From: the human T2T-CHM13v2.0 reference genome, Homo sapiens | Assembly: GCF_009914755.1 (NCBI RefSeq) | Contig: NC_060935.1 | Length of the DNA: 64,000 bases | Reading direction: 5' to 3' (one strand) | Shown: one piece after another, positions 26,707-45,235 of the stretch | How positions within the stretch are numbered: position 1 is the first letter of the stretch | Layout: each line of letters starts with the position of its first letter | Notes under the pieces: model-generated | The model's input: only the letters and a program-made list of their open reading frames with translations | Told to the model about the DNA's origin: nothing | The model's database searches: none | Translations under genes and position numbers: made by a program

Positions 26707-27681
26707 CTAAAAGGATTTTGCATGTTGATAACATCAATTTTAAAGAAATGCATAAAAACATTACCAAGTCAAAAAAAGACAGATTTATGTCAATTTATGT
26801 CTATTTCAATCAATTTTAACTAGGTAGAAGATAAGGTTCCTTTAGTCAATATGATGGGAGAGAAAACAACTGAACCCATGTTTAAAATGACCTTTGCTAA
26901 CACTTCTGGATTGTCACAAAACTCCTCTATTTGAATTCTCAATTAACAGTTAGTTCACTCTTACTTTCTCATTGTAGCACTTTTAATATTTTCAGTTACA
27001 GTATGAAGAAAAAATTAACAGAATGTATTTTTAATTAAAAATATTAAATTTAGGGCAGAAGCCAGTTTTGAGAATCACAGATTATATCTTGCTGTGTACT
27101 TATTCTGGGCTCTTATTCACCCCACAGGGGTTGCATATGGAGGGCCTATGAAAAGGCTTCAAAGAGTTCATGAACCCCTGAAATTTTATAAAAATATATT
27201 TGCATATTTCTCAGTATGGCTTCATAGCTTTCGTTAGATTCCAGCACGGCTGGAAAATAACCAGACACTTGTTTTCCCCAGCACCTGTGCTAATTTAAAA
27301 CTTCAATTAACATTTTTAAGATGCTAAATACAAAATTCAATATCCAAATGTTGGTACCATATCTGGATATAGCAGAGAGAATGACTGGAAGAAATGTCTT
27401 TATAACAAAGAAATTCAGAATTCAAAGAAAGCTTAAGAATAATCTACCACTGTATATAATCTCAACTTGATTTCCCATAAGTCATCCGTAGTAGATATTT
27501 ACTTTATAGAAATCAGTGTACATACTTTGTTTTAAACACTGTAAATATTTTGTTTTAAATGAAATATGTAGTTGCTTATTTAAAAGTTAATATAAATAAT
27601 AAGCACCATTTGGAGTAACAGCTTCACAAAGAGCAGCCCCAGGAAATGACTCCTCAAAAAGAGTAAGTGACTCTTTCGTAC

Positions 27682-27751
27682 CTGCTCAGTTTATTCAAAG
27701 GTTGATCATTTCACCAGACAGCAAATTACTGACTGATTTTACCATGCTCTC
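27682..27751 (-). pseudogene. Candidate exon, 70 bp, phase 1>2: EHGKISQ*FAVW*NDQPLNKLS(R)
   Basis: tttcttgtgatag| acceptor, CAG|gtacga donor; FAVW motif; joins the next exon in phase. Confidence 0.55.
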
Positions 27752-28015
27752 CTATCACAAGAAATTAGGTACCACATAATATAACCCACCACTTTCAAAA
27801 TAAAGAAAATAAGTAATATCACATTTGCGTGACTTAGTCATTCAAGTAAAGGCAGAATTTTTATCCTGAAATCTTGAATTTGAAATCATTTGGTGTTTTT
27901 ATCACACTGACAGACTTTATCAATTACCTTGAATTTTTATACAGTAACTTCTATCTATAAAAAACTCTTCAACCTCTTCCTGGTATACTTAAAATAAAAT
28001 CATGATAGAAATACA

Positions 28016-28323
<308 letters not shown>

Positions 28324-28894
28324 AGAAATACGTTTTTTAAAACTCTAAACTTAACCAAATAGCTGTTGCATAATCAATCACTTTCCACTTCCTCACATTT
28401 CTTGCATGCCTCTCTACATGATTACTATTACAGTCCAGCTACATTAGTCTCTTCTAATTCCTCAAATATGACAAACTCTTTTCCTTGAATATCTTGTCTC
28501 TTTGTTTTTGAAACACAATTCTCCTCATGGTCTTAATGTTGCCTCTCTCTCATCATTCATAGTTTGAATGTCAGCTCTTCAGAGAAGCCAAGTCTAGACC
28601 ATCCTAACTCAGTGGATTCCCCCATCTCGCTTCCTCTATTGCCATCATGCTCTATTATTTTATTGCTTTTGTTTCTTTCACTATTTTATCACAATTTTAA
28701 CACACATTCCAAAAGAATAAGTGGCATATATCCACCCTGCCAATTTAGCCATTAGCAGGGAAGAACCTACCATGAGTAGAGAAGTTGACTGAAGCTAAAT
28801 AAATTCTGTTTAAGGCACAAATATTTATATATCACTCAGGATAAATTGTTTGTAATTTTATAAGTCTGAAGTAAATTTAAATAAATACATATAC

Positions 28895-28895
<1 letters not shown>

Positions 28896-28956
<61 letters not shown>
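28896..28956. repeat. (TG)n(TA)n microsatellite
   Basis: Directly visible. Confidence 0.97.
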
Positions 28957-29300
28957 CTGAGTTGGGGAAGAAGAGAATACTGCTTAGATAACCTCAAATG
29001 AAAATCTTCAGTAGTTTCGGTATTTTATATTTTCAGTTGTAGCATCAGAAACTAGCATAATGTTAAACAAAAAATAATTAAACCATAATACCCTAAACTA
29101 CCATAGTGACAAATAATGTTTAGTAATATATCCCTAATAATATCCAGGACTCCTGTGGCCTACTATTTGTGAGGTACATTTAAAAGCCAAGAGTAATGGA
29201 TCATAACTCCATTAATTACCCACACTTTAAAAATGTTTAAATAGTATTTCACAAACATCTTTAAAGCCTTATTCTTTTCCTCTTCAATATTCTCTTTCGA

Positions 29301-29660
<360 letters not shown>

Positions 29661-30681
29661 TCACACAACTAGCCTCGGATCTTTTTGCTTTCTTTCTTTG
29701 CCTGAGCTTCTTGTTTTACACATAATTTTAATTTCTAGAGAATGTTTTCTCCCTTTTCTAGTGCTTTCACTCATTATCTTTCTGATCCCATTTTATTCCT
29801 GCATCTTTTCCAGGCCCCTAGTTTATCATCATCAAAGTCCAGCAACAGCCTGAAAAGTGATAACTCTTCTCAGAGAGATGAAGAGCAAGGAGGAAGACGA
29901 GTCTACTTGGGCACGTGCTAAAGGTAAAGGTGAGAAAGTTTTCACAGTGCTTTATTTTATCCCTGCTCCAGAACTCATACTAGAAAGTTATAATGACATC
30001 TGTGTATTTGCCAAATGAGTATTTCATTCCATATTACAACCAGCCAGAAGACTTATCTCCTCATTAAGAATCAATTAAAGACCTGTTTTACTATTTCATT
30101 TTTGCTACATGCCTATTTACTTACACGCAACTGGAAAAGCAAAAAGACTAAGCAATTATGAAATCAAAACAGGCATAAATGATTCAAGAAAAATGTAGGT
30201 GAAAATTTTTTGGAGTTAAAAAGCATAACCACAAAAAATTTTTTAAATTAAAGGAATAAACCTCAGATGCTATTTCAGAGAAAAATAATAAAGCTGTTGT
30301 AGCACTGATTCACCAAGAATGCATTATGGAGAAAAATAAAAAATACAGAAGAAGATTAGACACCAGTGAAAGATAGACCAAAGACTCATGTATATGGACC
30401 AATAAAATGAAAAAAAGTGTTGTTAAAACAATCTTGAAGAAACAATCTTGAAGCCCCTCTGAAAAATGCTGTTGGGTGATTTAGAAATGTTCTCTAATGA
30501 TAATGATAGCATTAATAGATATATGAGTTTGAATAAAATTATTTTCACTAAATGTAACTGGGAAAAAAGCCATCCCTAAATTAATATGTTATGAAATATT
30601 GAATTAAACACATATGCATAACTAATATAGCATGTATTTGTTTTGATTATCTCATGTACATTATTAAACATCCAAATTTAC

Positions 30682-31021
30682 AAGTTAGTAAAAATAGGAA
30701 ACCTCTTGTTTGCAACTTCATTTTGAAGAAATGTGGGGCCACTTGATACTGAGTTTATTTTGCATTTGTGCATTTAGAGAACTTGTTTATTACTTGTTTT
30801 TGATAACAGATTTTCTGACATTTAAGATTAAACAGGGATTGATAGGAATGAAAGAAACTTTCTTGAGCAATTTGATGGTATCATCAATTCAGCAAAGATT
30901 CTCCTCCTCAGTGAAGCAAAGGTGAGAGTGATAGATTTTCTTAGTGAAATGATTTTCGTGCTTATTTTCAAGGATTTCTTGCCTGTTAATTTTACGTAAA
31001 ATAAATTCCTCAATTACGTAT
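30682..31021 (-). pseudogene. Candidate large exon: YVIEEFILRKINRQEILENKHENHFTKKIYHSHLCFTEEENLC*IDDTIKLLKKVSFIPINPCLILNVRKSVIKNK**...WPHISSK*SCKQEV; donor uncertain (30794 or 30682)
   Basis: Perfect TACTAAC branch point (31034-31040), then tgatacctttag| acceptor; phase-2 start fits the 49682 exon; TGA at 30889-30891. Confidence 0.6.
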
Positions 31022-31454
31022 CTAAAGGTATCAGTTAGTATTCTCTCTTCTCTGTGTGCTCCAGAATAGCCAATTTAAACAGGGTTGTTTTTTTAAAAAC
31101 ATGAAGGTTAATATCCAGGAAGCGAATTCTCACCACATAGTATTTACTGGTCATTATTTTTAATAGCATTTTATTATTATTGAAAACAAAATTATGATAG
31201 GTAGTTCTGCGATAGTTAGCAAAAAAATTTGAATTTCAGGTAAATAATAAATGAAATACACTTCTAAACACATTGCGATGTTGTTATTGATTTTCTAAAA
31301 TTCAAAGTTAACTGAGTATGTTTATTTTATTTGGCACCCTTAATTATAAATTGCTGCAAGCATAATCAGCGTACTTCTTTACTCTTTTTAGAGTGCTCAC
31401 CTGACCATTATACTCTTTTTCATATAGATATACATTTAGTCTCCTATACAGAAA

Positions 31455-31476
31455 CAGACACACAGACAGACACACA

Positions 31477-31518
<42 letters not shown>
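31455..31518. repeat. (CA)n microsatellite
   Basis: Directly visible. Confidence 0.97.
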
Positions 31519-31520
<2 letters not shown>

Positions 31521-34500
31521 TATTAATAAAATACATCCGGTTGGTAGTTGAGGAAGACCTGAGGCCTAAATGATTTGGACATAAATAAGCAATTGACAAC
31601 AATTTGTCATCTTTATTAGTGATACAACTGACACTGGGGAATGTGGTTTAGTTGGACAACAAGAGTGGCTTTTTCAATAGTGAATTTCAGATTTACAAAA
31701 ACCGTCATAAGCAGCCCTGATCAGTCAGAGATTCTTCTACATGGCGAACTTAACGCATATGTCTAAAATATGTGATTTTTGGTTAGTACTAAATACATAA
31801 GGCTAAAATTATTTTGTGGATGTTTCTGGTGGTACAAGCAACCTAGCTCGGGAAAAGGGAAAGGGATGGCGAACCTTAGTCTCAGATCCTTATTTCCAAT
31901 CCATCAGTCAGATAGACCCACCATGTCTTTGGGAATATGTGAGATTCTCAGAGGCTTGGAGTAGTTAGGGTAAATTCTGCTTTGAGGTAATTTGCAAAAT
32001 ACGAAGGAAAAATCCTCCTCAACAAATGCTAATCTTGTTTTTCACAGCACTCCTTTGTATACTAAGGTGTATTCATCTATAAATGAGTGGGACAGGCTAT
32101 ATTGATTCCTTTCTGGTTCAATTATTTCATGACTTTAACAAATTTTTTCTCTACCAATCACCCCTGCCATTATCAACATGAGGTGGTCATATGTTTTAAT
32201 GAGATAAAAAACATTAAATATGTAAATTCTATTTCTATATGAACTGCATGCAGTTGAAAGATATTTCTATAAAAATACATAAAGTGCAAAACGATTACAA
32301 TTAGATCCTCAAGGAGTATTCTCTACTATTAGCCATTATTCATCTTTGTGTCTTCTGCTAGAGCTAAGTAAAAGTCTAACAAATTTTTGGTGAAAAAAAG
32401 AAAATAAGGTAGGAGGAAGTGTTTGGTTTTTGGCTGCCATATGACATTTGTAAGTGCATCAAACTTTGAAATGCATAAAATTGCGGAAAGAGTGGAAAGG
32501 CTAACATTAGCACCATGTCCCAACATAATATCTCTAAAAATTCATTTCTCATGTAAACCATGACAGTTTGAGTTATATCTCTGCGGATACCTTATTACTG
32601 TAAGTGGTAAGTGGGTGCAATAAGGAGAAGGCAAAATGAAATAAAAACAGGACCCCCACTGATTCATTATAACAGGTGTTTTTTTCACTTTTTCATGACT
32701 CCATTTTGGTGATTCAAAAATTATTGTGCACTTTTCAATTTATCTATAAAAGACCAAGTTCACAGTAAACAACTATATTGATTTCTAAGCCTAAAGATCA
32801 AAATTAAGGGTTTTTTTTCCTTTTTTGTCTTGCCCATGACTCTATAACCAATGTGTAATTTTTACTAATGTTAAATCTAAACTAGTAGCAAAAGTGACTT
32901 TGTTATTGTTTTGCTGTGATATTAATATGGACATGAAAAAAGATTACTCAACTCATGTGAGGTTGTAAGTATACCATATTCATTATGATATGATATGAAT
33001 AACTGAAGAATAATATTGTCAAGAATTTATGAAATTTAGTATATGTAATACACATAGTCACATAAATGTCAAATTCAAATATCAGAGGTTAAATACATAT
33101 CATTTAATCTCTTAGCTTTCAAAAGATACTAAGTCTTATGATGCAAATGATTACAAAATCAAAATAGTACCTGCCAAGAAAAGTTTATATTTAATTGAAA
33201 AAAGGCAACTCTTAGACTAACAGACTTTATCAAAGTTGGTCTTTTTTCCCCTGAAACCATAAGCAAAGAATCCTTTTCTTCTCTTTTCCCCATAGAGGGT
33301 TTTAAGTTTTGCCATATGCTCTTTTTACCTGCTCATAGCTTACCCTCTTGTCTCTCTCTCTCTCTTTTTCCATTTGTTTTTTTAAAAAAATCCTATAGCT
33401 TTGTTGCTTCTCACAAGGTGCCTTTGACTAAAAGCCTCTTTCCTAAAAAGTCAACCCATTGCCCTCTTTCAAAATAAATCCAATTTCCTTTATGGAGCTC
33501 TATCTGATCAAACTGAAGAAAAGAACCTTTTTTTCTTCCTGTTCAGAAGACCCCACAAGAAGTTTGCTTTATTCCAGTTTCTGATACAGGCAGAACTTAA
33601 TTCTATTGAGACAAAATGAAAAGAAAATTAAGGCATTATTAGTTTCTACAAAGGCTACATTGTTTCTCTGATTTATAGATTAAAAATTAGAAATATCACA
33701 CTTCTATGAAAAAAATATTTTGATCTATTTATGCACACATTACTTTAAAAAAGATTATTACCATTTTATAGTGGTAGGTGAGGAGTGGAGAGCAGACAGC
33801 AGTCAGTTGCCTGTGTCATATTAAGTACAACCTTTATATTTTAAATTCTAAATTCAGTTACTCTCATTGCCACACAATATTTCTCTTGTCCCTTATATAG
33901 GGATTTTAGATGATAGATTTTGCTTTACATGCTGTAATTGTGTTGTCAATTAATTAAAGACAAAGGACATCTTTGGAAGAAAGCAATATCTTTCATTGGC
34001 CAGACCGTAAGAGAAACTACACATCACAGAGGGAACTGATATAACAAAAGCAAAGTCAATAAAAACCTTAAGTAGTTAAAAAAACTAGCTTTGTTCTCTC
34101 CACCACAGATGATATGAAAATTATAATGAAGCCTTATCTCAGAAGATGTTACTTTTCGTGTCTTATTATTGCTATGCCTCTTTTTCTGTTATTCATTGAA
34201 AGATGCTAATTGTATAGGATAGTGTTTTACTTTTGTAGTGAGCTCATCTTCCAACCTCAAATACATATGCCAATACTAGAAGTTACACCCTGTTGTGTCT
34301 CTTTTTTTATAATACCAAGACCACCTAGCATATTGTCCTAGTGCAGGCATGCCTCAGAGATATTGCAGGTTCAGTTCCAGACCATTCCAATAAAGTCACA
34401 CAATGGTTTGGTTTCTCAGTGCATACAAGAGCTATGTTTATGCTATAGTCTATTAAGTGTGCCATAGTTATTTTTTAATGTACATCCCTTAATTTATTTT

Positions 34501-36663
34501 TATGGCTAAAAAATGCTAACAATCACCTGAGCCTTCAGTGAGTTGTAATCTTTTTGCTGGTGGAGGGTTTTGCCTCTATGTTGACAGCTGCTGACTGATC
34601 AGAGTGGTAGCAGCTGAAGGTTTTGTGGCTGTGGCAATTTCTTAAAATAACAATGAAGTTTGTGGCATGGATTTACTCTTTCTTTCATGATAGATGCCTC
34701 TGTAGCATGCCATGCTATTTGATAGCATTTTACCCTCAGTAGAACTTCTTTCAAAATGTTGAGTCAATCCGTGCAGACTCTGCTGCTGCTTCATTAACTA
34801 AGTATATGTAATATTGTAAAGCCTCTTTTGTCATTTCAACAATTTACACAGCATCTTCAGCAGGAGTAGATTCCACCTCAAAAAACCACTTTCTTTGCTC
34901 ATCTCTAAGAAGCAACACCTAATCCATTACTGTTCTATCATGAGACTGCAGCAATCCATTCACATCTTCAGGATCCACTTCTAATTCTAGGTCTCCTGCT
35001 ATTTTCCCCACATGTTCAGTGACTTCTTCCACTGAAGTCTTGAACCTCTCAAAGTCATTCATGAGGGTTGGAATCAATGTTTTCTAAACTTTTGTTAATG
35101 TTGATATTTTGACCTTCTCCCATGAATAACGAATGTTCCTAATGGCATCTAGAACAGTGAATTCTTTCCAGAATTCAATTTACTTTACCCAGATTCCTCA
35201 GAGGACTCTATCTATGGCAGTGAAAGCCCTACAAAATGCATTTCTTAAATAATAAGACTTGAAAGACAAAATTACATGGATTTATGAGCTGCAGAATGGA
35301 TATTTTGTTAGTAGGCATGAAAACAACATTAATCTTACACATCTCCATCAGAGCTCTTGAGAAATCAAGTGCATTGTCAATGAGCAGTAATATTTTGAAA
35401 GCATTTTTTTTTTCTCTTTCTGAGAATAAGGTCTCAACAGTGGGCTTAAAATATTTAGTAAACCATACTATAAACCAACGTGCTGTCATCCAGGCTTTGT
35501 TCTTTTATCAATTAAACACAGGCAGAGTAGATTTAACATAACTCTTGAGGGCTTAGAATTTTTAGAAAGATAAATGAATACTGGTTTCAACTTGAAGTCA
35601 CCAGCTGCATTAGCCTCTAAAAAGAGAGTCTGCCAGAGGGTGGAGCCAAGATGGCTGAATAGGAACAGCTCCGGTCTACAGCTCCCAGTGTGAGCGATGC
35701 AGAAGATGGGTGATTTCTGCATTTCCATCTGAGGTACTGGGTTCATCTCACTAGGGAGTGCCAGAAAGTGGGTGCAAGACAGTGGGTGCAGCCCACCGTG
35801 CGTGAGCTGAAGCAGGGTGAGGCACTGCCTCACTCGGGAAGCACAAGGGGTCAGGGAGTTCTATTTCCTAGTCAAAGAAAGGGGTGACAGGCGGCACCTG
35901 GAAAATCGGGTCACTCCCACCCTAATACTGCGCTTCTCCAACAGGCTTAAAAAACGGCACACCAGGAGATTATATATCCTGCACCTGGTTCAGAGGGTCC
36001 TACGCCCACGGAGTCTCACTGATTGCTAGCACAGCAGTCTGAGATCAAACTGCAAGGCAGCAGCAAGCCTGGGGGAGGGGCGCCTGCCATTGCCCAGGCT
36101 TGATTAGGTAAACAAAGCAGCCTGGAAGCTCGAACTGGGTGGGGCCCACCACAGCTCAAGGAGGCCTGCCTGCCTCTGTAGGCTCCACTTCTCAGGGCAC
36201 GGCACAGACAGACAAAAATACAGCAGTAACCTCTGCAGACTCAAATGTCCCTGTCTGACAGCTTTGAAGAGAGTAGTCGTTCTCCCAGCACGCAGCTGGA
36301 GATCTGAGAACTGGCAGACTGCCTCCTCAAGTGGGTCCCTGACCCCCGAGCAGCCTAACTGGGAGGCACCCCCCAGTAGGGGCAGACTGACACCTCTGAG
36401 ACAAAACTTCCCGAGGAACGATCAGGCAGCAGCATTTGCGGGTCACCAAAATCCACTGTTCTACAGCCACCGCTGTTCTGCAGCCACCACTGCTGACACC
36501 CAGGCAAAAAGGGTCTGGAGTGTACCTCTAGCAAATTCCAACAGACCTGCAACTGAGGGTCCTGTCTGTTAGAAGGAAAACTAACAAACAGAAAGGACAT
36601 GCACACCAAAACCCATCTGTACGTTGCCATCATCAAAGACCAAAAGTAGATAAAACCACAAAG

Positions 36664-37680
36664 ATGGGGAAAAAACAGAGCAGAAAAACTGGAAACTCTA
36701 AAAAGCAGAGCGCCTCTCCTCCTCCAAAGGAACACAGTTCCTCACCAGCAACGGAACAAAGCTGGAGGGAGAATGACTTTGACGAGTTGAGAGAAGAAGG
36801 CTTCAGAGGATCAAACAACTCCGAGCTACAGGAGGAAATTCAAACCAATGGCAAAGAAGTTAGAAACCTTGAAAAAAAACTAGACGAATGGATAACTAGA
36901 ATAACCAATGCAGAGTAGTCCGTAAAGGACCTGATGGAGCTGAAAGCCACGGCTCGAGAACCATGTGAAGAACGCAAAAGACTCAGGAGCCGATGAGATC
37001 AACTGGAAGAAAGGGTATCAGTTATGGAAGATGAAATGAATGAAATGAAGCGAGAATGGAAGTTTAGAGAAAAAAGAATAAAAAGAAGTGAACAAAGCCT
37101 CCAAGAAATATGGGACTATGTGAAAAGACCAAATCTATGTCTGATTGCTGTACCTGAAAGTGACGGGGAGAATGGAACCAAGTTGGAAAACACTCTGCAG
37201 GATATTATCCAGGAGAACTTCCCTAATCTAGCAAGCCAGGCCAACACTGAGATTCAGGAAATACAGAGAACACCACAAAGATACTCCTCGAGAAGAGCAA
37301 CTCCAAGACACATAATTGTCAGATTCACCAAAGTTGAAATGAAGGACAAAATGTTAAGGGCAGCCAGAGAGAAAGGTCGGGTTACCCACAAAGGGAAGTC
37401 CATCAGACTAACAGCGGATCTCCCGGCAGAAACTCTACAAGCCAGAAGAGAGTGGGGGCCAACATTCAACATTCTTAAATAAAAGAATTTTCAACCCAGA
37501 ATTTCATATCCAGCCAAACTAAGCTTCATAAGTGAAGGAGAAATAAAATACTTTACAGACAAGCAAATGCTGAGAGATTTTGTCACCACCAGGCCTGCCC
37601 TAAAAGAGCTCCTGAAGGAAGCACTAAACATGGAAAGGAACAACTGGTACCAGCCACTGCAAAAACAAGCCAAAATGTAA
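36664..37680 (+). pseudogene. L1 ORF1p, interrupted by stops
   Basis: MGKKQSRKTGNSK...; ORFs 36664..36918 and 37024..37482. Confidence 0.95.
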
Positions 37681-37743
37681 AGACCATCAAGGCTAGGAAG
37701 AAACTGCATCAACTAACGAACAAAATTACCAGCTAACATCATA

Positions 37744-41567
<3,824 letters not shown>

Positions 41568-43185
41568 ACAATGAGAACACATGGACACAGGAAGGGGAAC
41601 ATCACACTCCGGGGACTGTTGTGGTGTGGGGGGAGGGGGGAGGGATAGCATTAGGAGATATACCTAATGTTAAATGACGAGTTAATGGGTGCAGCACACC
41701 AACATGGCACATGTATACATATGTAACAAACCTGCACATTGTGCACATGTACCCTAAAACTTAAAGTGTAATAATAATAAAATAAAAAAAAGAGAGTCTG
41801 CCTATTTTTTGAAGATTTGGAGCCAAGCATTGACTTCTCCTCCCTAGTTATAAAGGTCCTAAATGTCATTTTATTTCAATAAAAGACTTTTTCATCTAAA
41901 TTGAAAATCTGTTATTCAATGTAGCAAGCTTCATTAATTGTCTTACCTATATCTGAATAACTCGCTGCAACTTCTCCATCAGCACTTGCTGCTTCACCTT
42001 GAACTTGTATGTTCTTTCATGAAACCTCATGAACCAACTTCTGGTAGTTTCAAACTTTTCTTCTGTAGCTTTCTCATCATTTTCAGCCTTCACATGATTG
42101 TAGACAACAGCTAAGTCCTGTTCTGGATTAGGATTGGCTTAAGGGAATGTTGTGGCTAGATTGATCTTTTATCCAGACCGCTAAAGTTTTCTCCCTATCA
42201 CAATAAGCATGTTTCACTTCCTTACTATTTGTGTGTTCACTGGAGTAGCACTTTTGTTTCTTCAAGAACTTTTTTTGATATATATTCGCAACTTGGCAAA
42301 CTGTTTGGCACAAGACGCCTACTTTTCAACCTAGCTCAACTTTCCACATGCCCTCCTCACCAAGCTTATTTCGAGCTTTTGATTTAAAGTGAAAGATGTG
42401 CAACTCTCCTTTTCACTTGAACACCTAGAAGCCCTCAAAGGATTATTAATTGGCCTAATTTCCATATTGTTTTGTGTTAGGGGTAAGAGAGACCCAAGGA
42501 GAGGGAGGGAAATAAGGGAAAGGGCAGTCACTAGAGTAGTCTGAACACACTGACGTCTATTGATTAAATTTGAAGACTTATATGGGCTCTGTCTGTTGTG
42601 CCCCCAAACAATTACAATAGTAACATCAAAGATCACTGGTCACAGATCACTATAACAGATATAATAATAATTTTAATCTTTGAAATATAGTGAGAATTAC
42701 CAAAATGTGACATGAAGACACAAAGAGTGTACATGCTGTTGGAAAAATGGCACTGATAGACTTGCTTGACACAGGGTTGCCACAAGCCTTCAATTTGTAA
42801 AATGCAACCTCCGCAAAGCACAATAAAGCAAAGTACAATAAAAAGAATTATTCCTGTATTCATATCCATTCAATAAATATCTGTTAAGTGGATAAATAAA
42901 CTGTGTAATGACAAGTACTTACTCAGTATATCTAATATAAAACACAGCTCATAGTAGTTTTTAAATTATAGTCATTTAGTGAGTTTATACCTTAGACTGA
43001 TCAGGTAAAAATATATATTTACAAATTCAAAACAATAGTTATATGAGACTTTATAAGATTATCTGAAAATACACATCAAAAATGCCACTAAGATACCTTT
43101 TTTAAAAAAGCAGCGAACAAAGGGAAGAAAAGTAAAAAAGGCTCATCCAACCCCAAAAGAATAAAAATCAATGTGAACTGAACTT

Positions 43186-43346
43186 GTGGGGGGAGGGGGG
43201 AGGGATAGCATTAGGAGATATACCTAATGCTAAATGACGAGTTAATGGGTGCAGCACACCAGCATGGCACATGTATACATATGTAACTAACCTGCACATT
43301 GTGCACATGTACCCTAAAACTTAAAGTATAATAATAAAAAAAAAAA
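43186..43346 (+). mobile_element. Very short 5'-truncated L1PA (about PA3) 3' end
   Basis: aatgctaaatgacgag..cagcatgg..actaacc plus poly(A). Confidence 0.92.
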
Positions 43347-44129
43347 TGGCCAAAAATAAATGCAATTCATATTTACACAGGATCTTTTTGAAGTTTCTGT
43401 GAACATATTAGTGTTCTTCAGTAAGTAGCAATTCGTTAATCATTCCTTATGCTCATTAAAACACTGTTGGCTTCTCTTATGCAGCTCTACTCATCAAATA
43501 AAATTTTACAAAATATATAGGCAAACCAATCAAACAAATAAACAAAAAAGCCAATATCCCTGGAGTAAGAATATAATGCTATAATATTCGTCTTATACAT
43601 ATATGCCCATATTACTAATAAAGATTGAGAAAAATTTTGACACTAAGACATTCTCAATGTCTTGGAAAATGGATCATCAATAAACACTCATTCAAATCAA
43701 AAGTTTATTACTTCTGTAAATTATTAGAAATATTTGTTTAGATTTTTTATGTTTTGGTAGGCTTCTTGACTTGTATTATATTTTTATCGAAAAATATTCC
43801 AAGAAATACCCAAGTTCATGCATCTCAGACTCTATAGAGAGATAAGGTATGATATCCCCTAGTGTAAGTAAACTTCTGCAGTATATTTTAACTTAGGGAA
43901 ACGTTAGAGATTCCCATTTCCAATTATTTTAAAGTTCTAAGATATATAAAAATTAAAAATATTTAATATTTATAATGTTTTCTAGTAATTAATAGAAAAG
44001 CAGAAAGTTTTAAATAAAATATTTTTTAAATTTTTTTGTTATTGTTAATTTTGGGTGCAGTTGTTTCATAACATTATAACGTCACTCCTGGTAATGTCTC
44101 CCAAATACATAATTCAAGAGGGTAAAAAA

Positions 44130-44466
<337 letters not shown>

Positions 44467-44479
44467 TTATAATGTATGG

Positions 44480-45235
44480 AGTGAATCAGATTATGTCGTA
44501 TAAGATGTCTCCTGCCTTCAAGAGTATAATATAAATTAAAATATGCTAAATATTTGTTGAAATAAACACAATGGAGGTGTGTTTAGAGCATTATAGATAA
44601 CATAAGCTATAGAAACCAACCTCATTTTAAGTGATAGTGAAACTTGGTGTATAACTTGAAGCATAAGAAAGAGTTGGCTTTGTAGATAATGGCTTAAAAG
44701 TCATGCCAGGAAATGAGAAGACGTATACGAAAGCACGAGAGCGTGAATTCTAGAACTGATCTGACTAGGGACAGATAGAAAGATGAGGGCCATACACCAA
44801 AGGGCCTTTTACACCATCAAAGTCATCAACTCTCTTCCAAAAATTTATAACGGGATAAAAGCAGGAAAGTAGCCTGAGCAAATTTGCATTTGAGAAAGAT
44901 GAATGTGGTATCAAAGTAAGGTTACTTTTTTTTTTTTTGAAGAGAGAAATACTGATGAAGGAAAGGAATTTTTAGTACGGAAGGGTCAATAAATTTTGAA
45001 GATAAGTATAGGGTAAAATGAACTAGAATTGGTAAAAATGTATAAGCTGGAGGTTAATGAAAGGGAAGAAAGGAATAAACAGATGTTTTGGACTTGGGAA
45101 ATTGCACAGTGTCTCCTGCTATTCACCAAAATGAATAACTCAGGAGAAAATTTCAGATTTACAAGGTGAGGGATCAGTAGAGTAAATGATAAGTTCAAGG
45201 TTAGAAACAATTAAGTTTAAGGTAGTATGAAGTGC
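44480..45235 (-). mobile_element. L2 fragments
   Basis: Degenerate purine-rich antisense L2 pattern. Confidence 0.5.

Noticed and set aside
30836-30921. Plus-strand exon-like ORF IDRNERNFLEQFDGIINSAKILLLSEAK with AAG|gtgaga
   Set aside because: Poor pyrimidine tract and no plus-strand partner exons. It lies antisense to a better-supported minus-strand exon, so it is probably a shadow frame.
32329-32561. Two overlapping minus-strand ORFs as another exon of the fossil gene
   Set aside because: Weak acceptor, no convincing donor, no motif match, and not needed for phase continuity.
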